Shown here: positions 17,096-25,142 of the stretch, in pieces
Position numbering within the stretch: the first letter of the stretch is position 1
How the letters are laid out: each line of letters starts with the position of its first letter
Assembly: GCA_020627425.1 (NCBI GenBank)
Contig: JAHKXX010000101.1
Coordinates: 1-36,793 of the forward strand
DNA: 36,793 nt
Source of the DNA: a bacterium
GTDB lineage: Bacteria > Bacillota > Clostridia > Oscillospirales > Acutalibacteraceae
Direction: 5' to 3'
Made by a program: the position numbers and the translations under genes
The notes under the pieces: model-generated
Seen by the model: the letters and a program-made list of their open reading frames with translations, nothing else
The model's database searches: none
Told to the model about the DNA's origin: nothing

Positions 17096-18358
17096 TTAGT
17101 TGTAGGTTGCGCTTTCGGGAACACCGCTGAGGACGTATATTGTAACGTCACGTCTGCCGAATACGCAGCACTCGTCAAGAGTGTCATAGTACAGGTCAAC
17201 GATAGCGGTACCTTCCCATAATGCTCCGCCTGTGTCACCTGCTACGGCATAACCGTAAACTACCTGTCCGTCGTTTGATACTATATAAAGTATTGAACCG
17301 TAGGGGATGATGTCGGGGTCAACGGCTACAACACCATAACGTGCTGCTCTGCCTGTTGCGGTAAGAGGATGCTCCTCCTCTGAATAATATGCTGTACCCG
17401 AACCTGTGAGTACCTGTGTGTAATCTACTGTGTTTCCGTTGGGATCTGTAAGAGTCTTTTCTGTCTCGTTGACGGTTATTGCTCCGCTGGAGGTTGAGAA
17501 ACGGTTTACTCTTTCCTTGGTTCCTACCAGTACTACCTCGTTTACAGGCTCCTTTACGACCTCGCTGCTAAGCTTTTTGCTTTCAACGACCTTGCCGTTT
17601 ACTATCTTGTCATTGGTTACTATCTTGCGCTCGCCCTCGACGCCGCTTCTTATTACTTTTCTCTCGCCGTCGTACAGTTCGTCGCTTGACTGTGTCTCTG
17701 TCTTGTAGCCTATCTTTTCTATCTTTGTGTTTTTCTTATAGGTCGTGTTCTCAATCTTTATCTCGAGTCCGTTTTCAACCTTCTGGTTACCATTTGTTAA
17801 AAGCTTGTCGTTCTTATTAAGCTCTATATCAAGATACTTAAGAGCCTGCTGAACTGTACCCTCGGGTACTTCCTTGCTGTATATCTTGCCTCTGAGATTT
17901 ACCTTTACAGTGTAAAAACGCTTTATGGTTATCTCTGAGCTTTCCGAGCCGCCGGATGCTTTCTCGGACAGTGAAGCGGAATCATTCTGGCTGAGTGTCA
18001 TTCCTGCTGCCTTGAGAGCGTCAGCTACAGTTCCTTCATCAAATGTAATAAATCTGCTTTCTTTGCCGTCCATTGAAAACGCACGCATTATAGAAATGTT
18101 TACGTTGTTAGCCTCGGCATCGGTGCGTACAAGCTTGTCGTTGCTGCCAAGCTCGACTCCTGCGCGTACAAGTATAGCGTCAGTGTCGGAATTCATAGTG
18201 TTGATAGTCATTGTCTTTTCGCCGTCTGTTACTGTAACGGTTTTTGATAACGCCGTAACCGAGAACGCAGCCGTAAGGCATATAGTACCCATAAGCGCAA
18301 CCGAAACTGCTTTTTGAAGTCCCTTATAGCGATTGTTGTTTTGACCGTTCATAATCAA
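17096..18358 (-). CDS. yabE: YabE-like cell-wall protein (DUF348 repeats + G5 domain + 3D/RlpA-like domain)
   Basis: 420 aa; signal/anchor helix; G5-like middle region; C-terminal 3D domain (TATGRAARYGVVAVDPDIIPYGS...AGDTGGAL...VDLYY). Canonical promoter at 18418-18446. Confidence 0.8.
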   Translation of the reverse strand: MIMNGQNNNRYKGLQKAVSVALMGTICLTAAFSVTALSKTVTVTDGEKTMTINTMNSDTDAILVRAGVELGSNDKLVRTDAEANNVNISIMRAFSMDGKESRFITFDEGTVADALKAAGMTLSQNDSASLSEKASGGSESSEITIKRFYTVKVNLRGKIYSKEVPEGTVQQALKYLDIELNKNDKLLTNGNQKVENGLEIKIENTTYKKNTKIEKIGYKTETQSSDELYDGERKVIRSGVEGERKIVTNDKIVNGKVVESKKLSSEVVKEPVNEVVLVGTKERVNRFSTSSGAITVNETEKTLTDPNGNTVDYTQVLTGSGTAYYSEEEHPLTATGRAARYGVVAVDPDIIPYGSILYIVSNDGQVVYGYAVAGDTGGALWEGTAIVDLYYDTLDECCVFGRRDVTIYVLSGVPESATYN

Positions 18359-18417
18359 GTGTTCTCCTTAGACTGACCTGCGTTTTATGTATGCAGACCG
18401 TTTTAGTTGATGGTGTT

Positions 18418-18446
18418 ATTATAATCCGACTAAACGGAATTGTCAA
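18418..18446 (-). promoter_or_regulatory. canonical sigma-A promoter of the yabE-like gene (repeat-independent)
   Basis: Reverse strand: T-rich upstream run, TTGACA (18441-18446), 17-nt spacer ATTCCGTTTAGTCGGAT, TATAAT (18418-18423); leader ~55 nt with AAGGAGAAC RBS. Confidence 0.8.
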
Positions 18447-19016
18447 AAAAAAACCAGAAGAATTTTTGTATAGTATGCACAAAATTGTTTGTCGAAAGAT
18501 TATTCTAAGAGTCCTGTTAATTCTGCAAAAGAATTATTATCGCTATTTTTTTGGCATTTTAGTAGAATTCCAAAGGTTACAAGAATGTAATACCTTTTTT
18601 GACCGGTATTTCGAAAAAAAAACGAAGCAAGACCTCCAAAAAATCCAGTAATAATCGGATTTTTATCAAAAATGATGTCATAAAAACCGCACTCAATATA
18701 AATTACGAAAAAATAATGAATATATTCTGAAAAGGAAAAATAAACGGTGTATTTCTGCATAAAAGACAGATATAAAAACGACCTTTTTCTCGGAAAAATC
18801 TTGTAAATATCCCATTTTATCATTATACAGTCTGTAATAAAAAAGCAAAATGATACTGATAATATATAAAGCAGAATTTTAACCTAATGGTTACAAGCCT
18901 GTTACAATTTGTTTTTTTATGTCGAATTAGTGTAACAATTATAAAAACCGCTTTAACTTAATAAACAAAAAAGAAACCAAAGACAATAAGGAAATTTGCT
19001 TTATCTGTTTTTGCAG

Positions 19017-19044
19017 CATAATAAAAGACCGCCGTGCGGCGGTC
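19017..19044 (-). terminator. rho-independent terminator of the tatD-SDR-thyX-like operon
   Basis: GACCGCC-gtgc-GGCGGTC (19027-19044), followed on the reverse strand by TTTTATTAT; 5 nt after the stop codon. Confidence 0.8.
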
Positions 19045-19049
19045 GATGG

Positions 19050-19667
19050 CTATTCACAAATAATCAGCTCTTTTGCATAGGGCAGCTTTGAAATATGATC
19101 ACAGAAAGTATGCCATTCGTCGAGCTTGTGGGATCTTCGCGCATTATAAATACCGATAAGGTTTTCATAATTCATTGTACAGGTGCGCATCTGGTTATAG
19201 CTTGACGGAAGAAGCTGGATAATATCGTACCAGATCTGTTTATCCTTTGTCTCGACAAACTGTTTTCTTAAGTTTTCAAGATAGTCTATGAGCGTCTGCA
19301 TAAACGAGAGAGTCTGCTCTGACATCTTATCGGTGCTGAAATGAGACATTTCAAAGGGAGCGGAGGTTATCTTGTGCATTGTACTTGTTGAATTTGCGAC
19401 GGTTCCTACTTTATAGGTATCGTATTCCTTCCACCAGTACATAGGCGCGGTAATATCCATTGTAACAAAGATCTGTCGGAGAAACTTTCTGTGGTCGCTG
19501 CCTGCCTTACGAAGTCTTACGGCAAGCGAGAGGTCGTTTTCTCCAAAGACGAAGTTACCGTTTTCATCAAAGCTGCTATCCATTCTTCCCCAGCTGTTCA
19601 TAGGGTTTCGGGCGCCTCTGATAGCGTTGTCGAAGTTCATAGCCTTCATATTATTTATTTCAAGCAT
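19050..19667 (-). CDS. thyX: ThyX-like (flavin-dependent thymidylate synthase family) protein, divergent
   Basis: Track ORF 19050-19751 trimmed to the ATG at 19665-19667, preceded by AAAGGAAC; the longer form would overlap the SDR gene by 70 nt. RGARNPMNSW...GSDHRKFLRQ...YWWKEYDTYK...NSTSTMH resembles short ThyX-like proteins, but I could not see the canonical RHR...S motif. Confidence 0.5.
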   Translation of the reverse strand: MLEINNMKAMNFDNAIRGARNPMNSWGRMDSSFDENGNFVFGENDLSLAVRLRKAGSDHRKFLRQIFVTMDITAPMYWWKEYDTYKVGTVANSTSTMHKITSAPFEMSHFSTDKMSEQTLSFMQTLIDYLENLRKQFVETKDKQIWYDIIQLLPSSYNQMRTCTMNYENLIGIYNARRSHKLDEWHTFCDHISKLPYAKELIICE

Positions 19668-19680
19668 ATTTAAGTTCCTT

Positions 19681-20433
19681 TCAGCCCTTCTTTTTCTGGA
19701 AGGTATAGCATATATGCGCGGCAGCCTTTTCGGGGCAAAGGCGCTTTGCAAATTTGAGGCATTTCATTTTTACTGTAGGTATCACATATAGTTTGCCGTC
19801 CATAACTCCGTCAATACCCTGCTGAGCGACTGTCTTGCTGTCGATAGGTGAAGCTGCAAAGCTGACATTAGCGACATCATTAAACTCGGTATCTACGGGT
19901 CCGGGGCAAAGCGCGCAGATATGAACGCTGCTGTTGCGGCGTTTAAGCTCCTCATATATAGCTCCGGTAAGGCTTACTACATAGTTTTTGGTCGCATAGT
20001 AGGTAGCCATAAGCGGACCGGGGAAAAATCCGGCTATAGAAGCGACGTTCAAAATATACCCACGGTTTCTGTTGACGAAGTCCTGTAGAAAAAGCTTGGT
20101 AAGGATATGTACTGCCGTTATGTTTGTCTGTATCATTTTCATTTCTGTAGACAGAGGTGTATCGGTAAATCTGCCGTAAAGACCGAAGCCGGCACAGTTC
20201 ACAAGCATTTGTATCTCGTCGTCAGTCTGGAGCACCTCGTGAAGCTTCATACACTCGTCTACGTGTGATACATCACACCGAACGCAGCGTGCGTGCTTGC
20301 CGAGTTCTTTTTTTAGCTCCATAAGTCTGTCGGCTCTGCGTGCGACGAGTATAACGTCCCATCCTCTGCACACCAGTGCTCTTGCTATATCTCTGCCTAT
20401 TCCGGAGCTTGCTCCGGTAACTACTGCTTTCAT
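19681..20433 (-). CDS. SDR family oxidoreductase
   Basis: 250 aa; TGASSGIG cofactor motif and YYATK catalytic motif. 4-bp overlap with the tatD stop. Confidence 0.85.
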   Translation of the reverse strand: MKAVVTGASSGIGRDIARALVCRGWDVILVARRADRLMELKKELGKHARCVRCDVSHVDECMKLHEVLQTDDEIQMLVNCAGFGLYGRFTDTPLSTEMKMIQTNITAVHILTKLFLQDFVNRNRGYILNVASIAGFFPGPLMATYYATKNYVVSLTGAIYEELKRRNSSVHICALCPGPVDTEFNDVANVSFAASPIDSKTVAQQGIDGVMDGKLYVIPTVKMKCLKFAKRLCPEKAAAHICYTFQKKKG

Positions 20434-21212
20434 ATATTATTCCTCCGTCTGTTGATACCATAGACTTCCACAGCGTTTTGCCTTGTTATTTCAAGTACGC
20501 TTTCGGCATCCGTATTTTTTATTTCCGCAATTTTTTGTGCTGTATATATAATGTATGAAGAGTCGTTGCGTTTTCCTCTGTATGGCACAGGGGAAAGATA
20601 GGGGCAGTCCGTCTCGAGGACTATTCTTTCAAGCGGAACGCTTTCTATAACAGAAACTGCTTTTTTCGCATTTTTAAAGGTTACTACGCCGCCCATACCT
20701 ATATACATACCGAGCTTTACGATTTCGGCTGCCATTTCGGCGCTGCCCGAAAAGCAGTGAAGAATACCCCGGGGCTTATATTTTTTCAGTATATTGAGGG
20801 TATCGCCGTGCGCCTCTCTGTCGTGTATATTGACCGGGAGAGACAGCCGAAGGCTCAGCTTAAGCTGTTTTTCAAACACTTCCCTCTGAAGCTCTCTCGG
20901 AACATCATAGTAATAATCAAGTCCTATCTCGCCCACTGCCACTACTTTTTCATCATCATAAAGCGGCAAAAGCTTTTCCAGCTCCCCGACAGAATTATTA
21001 TCGAGATACTCGGGGTGAAGTCCCACCGCGGCGTACACATTTTCATATTTATGTGCAAGCTCCACGCTGAATCTTGATGTTTCTACATCCGTGCCCTGAT
21101 TAACTATCGCACAAACTCCCTTATTATTAAACAGCTCATTTAGTAATTCATCTCTATCCTCATCAAACTGTTTATCATCATAATGTGCATGTGTATCAAA
21201 TATACGATTCAT
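20430..21212 (-). CDS. tatD: TatD family metal-dependent hydrolase/DNase
   Basis: 260 aa; FDTHAHY, GEIGLDYYY, HCFSGS and ETDCPYL motifs. Confidence 0.9.
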   Translation of the reverse strand: MNRIFDTHAHYDDKQFDEDRDELLNELFNNKGVCAIVNQGTDVETSRFSVELAHKYENVYAAVGLHPEYLDNNSVGELEKLLPLYDDEKVVAVGEIGLDYYYDVPRELQREVFEKQLKLSLRLSLPVNIHDREAHGDTLNILKKYKPRGILHCFSGSAEMAAEIVKLGMYIGMGGVVTFKNAKKAVSVIESVPLERIVLETDCPYLSPVPYRGKRNDSSYIIYTAQKIAEIKNTDAESVLEITRQNAVEVYGINRRRNNI

Positions 21213-21243
21213 CTATCCGTCCCCCAACTCCTCTGTCTCCCCT

Positions 21244-21272
21244 ATTATACCCCATAATCCCCCCTATTTCAA
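21244..21272 (-). promoter_or_regulatory. sigma-A-type promoter abutting R7, drives tatD-SDR-thyX-like
   Basis: Reverse strand: TTGAAA (21267-21272), 17-nt spacer TAGGGGGGATTATGGGG, TATAAT (21244-21249). Confidence 0.7.
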
Positions 21273-21530
21273 GCGGCGGAGTGCCTCCGCGGTCAATTCA
21301 CGCACTCTGGTTGGTGTTACCCCTACCTTATCAGCACGCGTACGAGTTTGGTTTATTGTACCTCTACATCCGCACCACAGCGCATAGAGCGCTGCTTGTG
21401 CTGGTTGGGAGTGAAGATTAAAATGCTTTCTACTCTATTCAATTTCCCCAAAAAACAGTACGGTGAGTATGATGTGAGTTTCTCACAATTGTTAATTTTT
21501 AAGTTTTAAGGTTTCCGTCTTCAGTAAACA
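21273..21530 (-). repeat. intergenic structured repeat R7 (full solo unit), P-ward on -
   Basis: + strand: GCGGAG-tgc-CTCCGC, GGTCAATTCACGCACTCT, ATCAGCACGCGTACGAGTTTGGTTTATTGTACCTCTACATCCGC, H1 CAGCGC-ataga-GCGCTG (21378-21394), linker ...CTACTCTATTCAATTTCCCC, tail A6-CAGTACGGTGAGTATGATGTGAGTTTCTCAC...GTCTTCAGTAAA. Fills the whole gap between the PLC-like stop (21543) and the tatD promoter. Confidence 0.9.
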
Positions 21531-21542
21531 TTTCTTCCGGGA

Positions 21543-22466
21543 TCATTTTACGCTATCCTTTTTTGCGCTGTCATATCCGGAGAAGGAGAGGGCGCAGTCG
21601 TTATGAGTCAGTGGAGTTCCGGAGAGAAGCTTGCCGATAAGGATAAATGAAAGTACGGCGGCACGGTCTACAAGATCGAAAAAGGAATCGTTGTAGTATT
21701 TATCCTCGATAGCGGAGTACCATATTCCACGCCTGAGGTTTGCGTAGTCCTTAGAAAGATCCAGATGATAGCTGCGCAGGATCGGAGATAATAACGGAGG
21801 TAAGCCTAATATGCGCTCGCCTTTCGTTATGAGGGTATGCTTTATGCTATAGGGGTCATTAAGACCCTTCAGAGACTTGTACCAGTCGGTCTGCACCTGC
21901 ATAAGTTTTTTGTCAGAAACAAGACAGCCGGCACTGTATTTCAGAAAATCTTTATATATACCGGTTATAGCATCGTTTGTCGTCTTGTCCAAGGGGGTCG
22001 CCGAATACAGAGGAAAGCTGTTTACGCATCTGTTCTGCTCTGCCTTCAGAAAGATAGTGTCAAGCGCGGACTCTATCTCGTGGTGAAAGGACGACTCGTT
22101 CCTTGACGGGTCGCGTTCTGCCATTTTAGAACTGAGATACAATATATACGGGTGACAAACACTGTCAAGTGCATAGTGCGTTATAAATCCGAGAGTATAG
22201 CTCATAGCAGTGTCGTTACGGGTCTTGCGTGAATAAGAAAAGAATCTGTTTATTATATACTCGGCGTTTGTTCGGTGCATAACTCTGCCGACGGTACGCA
22301 GCGAGTCGCCGTGCTGCCACGGCATAGCCCTGTGAAGAAAAAACAGATCGGGACCTGACGCACCCCACATAAAAGCCGTGTGATCAATATTAAGCTCCGG
22401 TACAGACTGCTTTACCGAGGAGTATATTCTTTCCGACAGAAGATAATGTGATATTACCGCAGGCAT
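21543..22466 (-). CDS. zinc-dependent phospholipase C-like family protein
   Basis: 307 aa. N-terminal MPAVISHYLL, several His clusters (HRAMPWQHGD, ITHYALDSVCHPY) as in PF00882-like proteins of Clostridia; assignment from memory. Confidence 0.5.
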   Translation of the reverse strand: MPAVISHYLLSERIYSSVKQSVPELNIDHTAFMWGASGPDLFFLHRAMPWQHGDSLRTVGRVMHRTNAEYIINRFFSYSRKTRNDTAMSYTLGFITHYALDSVCHPYILYLSSKMAERDPSRNESSFHHEIESALDTIFLKAEQNRCVNSFPLYSATPLDKTTNDAITGIYKDFLKYSAGCLVSDKKLMQVQTDWYKSLKGLNDPYSIKHTLITKGERILGLPPLLSPILRSYHLDLSKDYANLRRGIWYSAIEDKYYNDSFFDLVDRAAVLSFILIGKLLSGTPLTHNDCALSFSGYDSAKKDSVK

Positions 22467-22476
22467 TTACTCAACC

Positions 22477-24888
22477 TCACTCTATTATTTTTAGTTTTGC
22501 GGAAGACGCCATAAGCTTCTTTGTTCCTGCACTGTCAAAGGCGACCTCTACAAGACAGTCCGACGCCATCGGTCTGGTACTCAGAACAATGCCCGAGCCG
22601 AAGGAGTTGTGTTCTACCCTCATTCCTACGCTGTAATTCGTTTTGCTGCCGGCAGCAGCGTTTGTACCTATTACCTTGCTCTGCGCTATATCGTGACGGC
22701 GCAGATCTCTTTGACGGGGGATATAAACGCTTTTGTCTGTTTTTATTTCTCTGTGCTTTTTCTCTATGTTCTCCTGCGGCAGCTCTCTGAGAAAGCGCGA
22801 GGGTATGTTTCTTGTTGTATGACCGAACAGCATACGGCTCTCGGAATTAATAAAATAAAGCTCTCGCTTTGCCCTTGTTATACCGACATATGCAAGCCGT
22901 CTTTCCTCCTGCATATCCTCGTCGCTGTTTTTGGCTCCGAAGCCCGGGAAGATATTTTCCTCCATACCGGGTATAAACACGCACGGAAACTCCAGTCCCT
23001 TTGCGGAGTGCAGAGTCATAAGCACTACTTTGCCGCTGTCCTCTTCGTCGCTATAGGTATCAATATCCGTCATAAGGGCAGCCTCCTCAAGAAAGCCCTG
23101 TATAGACGCGTCGTCGCCGTTTTCCTGCTCGTACTGTATGATACTTGATTTAAGCTCTTGTATATTCTCTACGGCTGTGTCGCCGTGGTCGCTCTCGTGC
23201 ATTATAAAGCTTTCGTACTGAGTACGACTAAGCAGCTCGTCATACACCTCTGACAGCGGCATATCATCAAGCATATCCGTCAGCTCTTCTATCATCCTGT
23301 AAAAGCCCATCAGCTTGTCGCGGCTTCTTGACAGAGCCTCGAACTCGTCCGACTGTGTAATGGTCTCATACATACTCTGTCCGAGAGTGTTGCTTATTTC
23401 CTCCAGCTGACCGATAGTCCTGTCGCCGATACCGCGCTTTGGTACGTTTATTATTCTTTTCAGTCTGCTATTGTCGTGATGATTGCTGATAAGGTTCAGA
23501 TATGCCATCATATCGCGTATTTCTCTGCGCTCATAAAACCTGTGACCGCCGATTATCCTGTACGGCACGGCGTTTCTCACCAGTGCGCGCTCTATGGACT
23601 GCGACTGGGAGTTCATACGGTAAAGCACGGAATAATCAGAGTAGCTGCCGCCGTTTTTTACGCCTTCGGTGATGGTGTTTATTATAAACCTGCTCTCGTC
23701 GTTTTCGTCGCTTGCGGTGTACCATACTATGCTGTTACCCTGATCGTTGCCTGTCCAGAGCGTTTTTGATTTTCGGAGAGAGTTGTTTTTTATAACGGCG
23801 TTTGCCGCGTCAAGTATCGTTTTTGTAGAGCGGTAATTCTGCTCTAACTTTACCGTTCTTGCGTCCTCATAGTCCTTCTCAAATTCCAGTATATTGCGGA
23901 CGGTGGCGCCTCTGAATTTATATATGCTCTGGTCGTCGTCGCCCACAACGCAGATATTCCTGTATTTATCGGCAAGCAGTCTGACAAGCTCATACTGAAG
24001 AAGATTTGTATCCTGATACTCGTCAACCATAATATATTTAAACTGTTCCTGATAATGCTCTAAAATATCAGGACAGGTCTTAAACAGCACAACGGTATTA
24101 AAGATTATATCGTCAAAGTCCATAGCGTCGGCTTTCAGCAGTCGGTGCTGATAATTGTCATATATATTGGAAATGGTTTTCAGTCTTGCGTCTGTACCGG
24201 CGGCGGTTTTAAAAAGCCCGGGGTCTGTCATCTCGTCCTTTGCGTGAGATATAGCGGACATAACCGATCTTATCGGCATCATTTTTTCGTCGATCCTCAG
24301 CCCCTTCATAATATCCTTTATAAGGCGCTTCTGATCGTCCGTATCGTATATTGTAAAATGATTTGTATAGCCTATTCTGTCTCCGTATCTTCTCAGTATC
24401 CTTGCACAGCTTGAATGAAACGTAGACGCCCATATATCGTTGCCTATATCGCCAACCTTTGCACATATACGGCTTTTAAGCTCGTTTGCAGCCTTATTTG
24501 TAAAGGTTATGGCAAGTATTCTCCACGGGTACACCCGTGATACGGACAGTCTGTCTGCTATCTCGTCAGGCAGTCTCTCATCGGTTTCTGCGGATCTTTT
24601 TATTATTTCTGTTTCTTCATCGGAAAATTCGCCGTACACGGTGTCACTTTCGTAAGCCTCGCCCCAGCGCAGTATATTTGCTATCCTGTTTACAAGCACA
24701 GTCGTTTTTCCGCTTCCTGCTCCTGCGAGTATCTGAAGCGGTCCTCTCGTCGTAAGCGTTGCTGCTCTTTGCATATCGTTAAGTGAAGAAAATTCTTTTT
24801 CTATTATTCTTTTCCTCAGTCTGATCAATTCTTCTTTTTCGGTCAATCCTATTCGTCCTTCCTTTTTAGGATAAGCACTCCCCTTCAT
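22477..24888 (-). CDS. pcrA: ATP-dependent DNA helicase PcrA/UvrD (SF1)
   Basis: AGAGSGKTT, VDEYQDTN, TLHSAKGLEF and VGITRAK motifs. Track ORF (to 25014) is trimmed because its first 42 codons lie in the promoter and repeat R8. ATG at 24888 has no SD; the alternative TTG at 24846 follows AGGAAGG and may be the true start. Confidence 0.9.
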   Translation of the reverse strand: MKGSAYPKKEGRIGLTEKEELIRLRKRIIEKEFSSLNDMQRAATLTTRGPLQILAGAGSGKTTVLVNRIANILRWGEAYESDTVYGEFSDEETEIIKRSAETDERLPDEIADRLSVSRVYPWRILAITFTNKAANELKSRICAKVGDIGNDIWASTFHSSCARILRRYGDRIGYTNHFTIYDTDDQKRLIKDIMKGLRIDEKMMPIRSVMSAISHAKDEMTDPGLFKTAAGTDARLKTISNIYDNYQHRLLKADAMDFDDIIFNTVVLFKTCPDILEHYQEQFKYIMVDEYQDTNLLQYELVRLLADKYRNICVVGDDDQSIYKFRGATVRNILEFEKDYEDARTVKLEQNYRSTKTILDAANAVIKNNSLRKSKTLWTGNDQGNSIVWYTASDENDESRFIINTITEGVKNGGSYSDYSVLYRMNSQSQSIERALVRNAVPYRIIGGHRFYERREIRDMMAYLNLISNHHDNSRLKRIINVPKRGIGDRTIGQLEEISNTLGQSMYETITQSDEFEALSRSRDKLMGFYRMIEELTDMLDDMPLSEVYDELLSRTQYESFIMHESDHGDTAVENIQELKSSIIQYEQENGDDASIQGFLEEAALMTDIDTYSDEEDSGKVVLMTLHSAKGLEFPCVFIPGMEENIFPGFGAKNSDEDMQEERRLAYVGITRAKRELYFINSESRMLFGHTTRNIPSRFLRELPQENIEKKHREIKTDKSVYIPRQRDLRRHDIAQSKVIGTNAAAGSKTNYSVGMRVEHNSFGSGIVLSTRPMASDCLVEVAFDSAGTKKLMASSAKLKIIE

Positions 24889-24910
24889 CCGGCAAAGTAC
24901 TCTGTCCGTA

Positions 24911-24940
24911 ATTATACCACACCCTCCACCCAAAAAACAA
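24911..24940 (-). promoter_or_regulatory. sigma-A-type promoter abutting R8, drives pcrA (weak -35)
   Basis: Reverse strand: TTGTTT (24935-24940), 18-nt spacer TTTGGGTGGAGGGTGTGG, TATAAT (24911-24916). Confidence 0.55.
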
Positions 24941-25142
24941 CCCGGTGCCCGGGCGGCGTGCCTCCGGCGCGTGCTCGCGCTGAGCAATTCGCGCACTCTG
25001 ATTGATGTTACCACCTACCTATCGGCACGCGTACGAGTGGGGTTTATTGTCCCTCTCCGTCCGCGCCGTGCCGCACAGGGCGGCACTTGACGCTGCTTTA
25101 GAGTGGAGGCGAGTGTGTTTGTCTATTTTATTTATCGTCTCC
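24941..25142 (-). repeat. intergenic structured repeat R8 (short unit, tail-less arm of dimer R8/R9), P-ward on -
   Basis: + strand: CCCGG-tgc-CCGGG (24941-24953), GCGCG-tgct-CGCGC, TGAGCAATTCGCGCACTCT, ATCGGCACGCGTACGAGTGGGGTTTATTGTCCCTCTCCGTCCGCG, H1 GTGCCGC-acagg-GCGGCAC (25068-25086), linker ...TTTGTCTATTTTATTTATCGTCTCC ending at 25142. Confidence 0.9.

Noticed and set aside
18359-18417. ydaO-type (cyclic-di-AMP) riboswitch upstream of the yabE-like wall gene.
   Set aside because: The canonical promoter at 18418-18446 leaves only a ~55-nt leader. I see none of the conserved ydaO motif segments.
18500-18823. 107-aa ORF on the reverse strand in the AT-rich island.
   Set aside because: It has no Shine-Dalgarno sequence and a composition dominated by F/Y/I/K, as expected from translating AT-rich DNA. 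I recognise no family, so it is left uncalled (see the AT-rich island finding).
24889-25014. N-terminal 42 codons of track ORF 22477-25014 (MVTSIRVRELLSASTRRRHAARAPG...).
   Set aside because: This stretch is the reverse-strand reading of repeat R8 and the pcrA promoter (TATAAT at 24911-24916). PcrA homology begins further downstream, so the ORF is trimmed to 24888 or possibly 24846.
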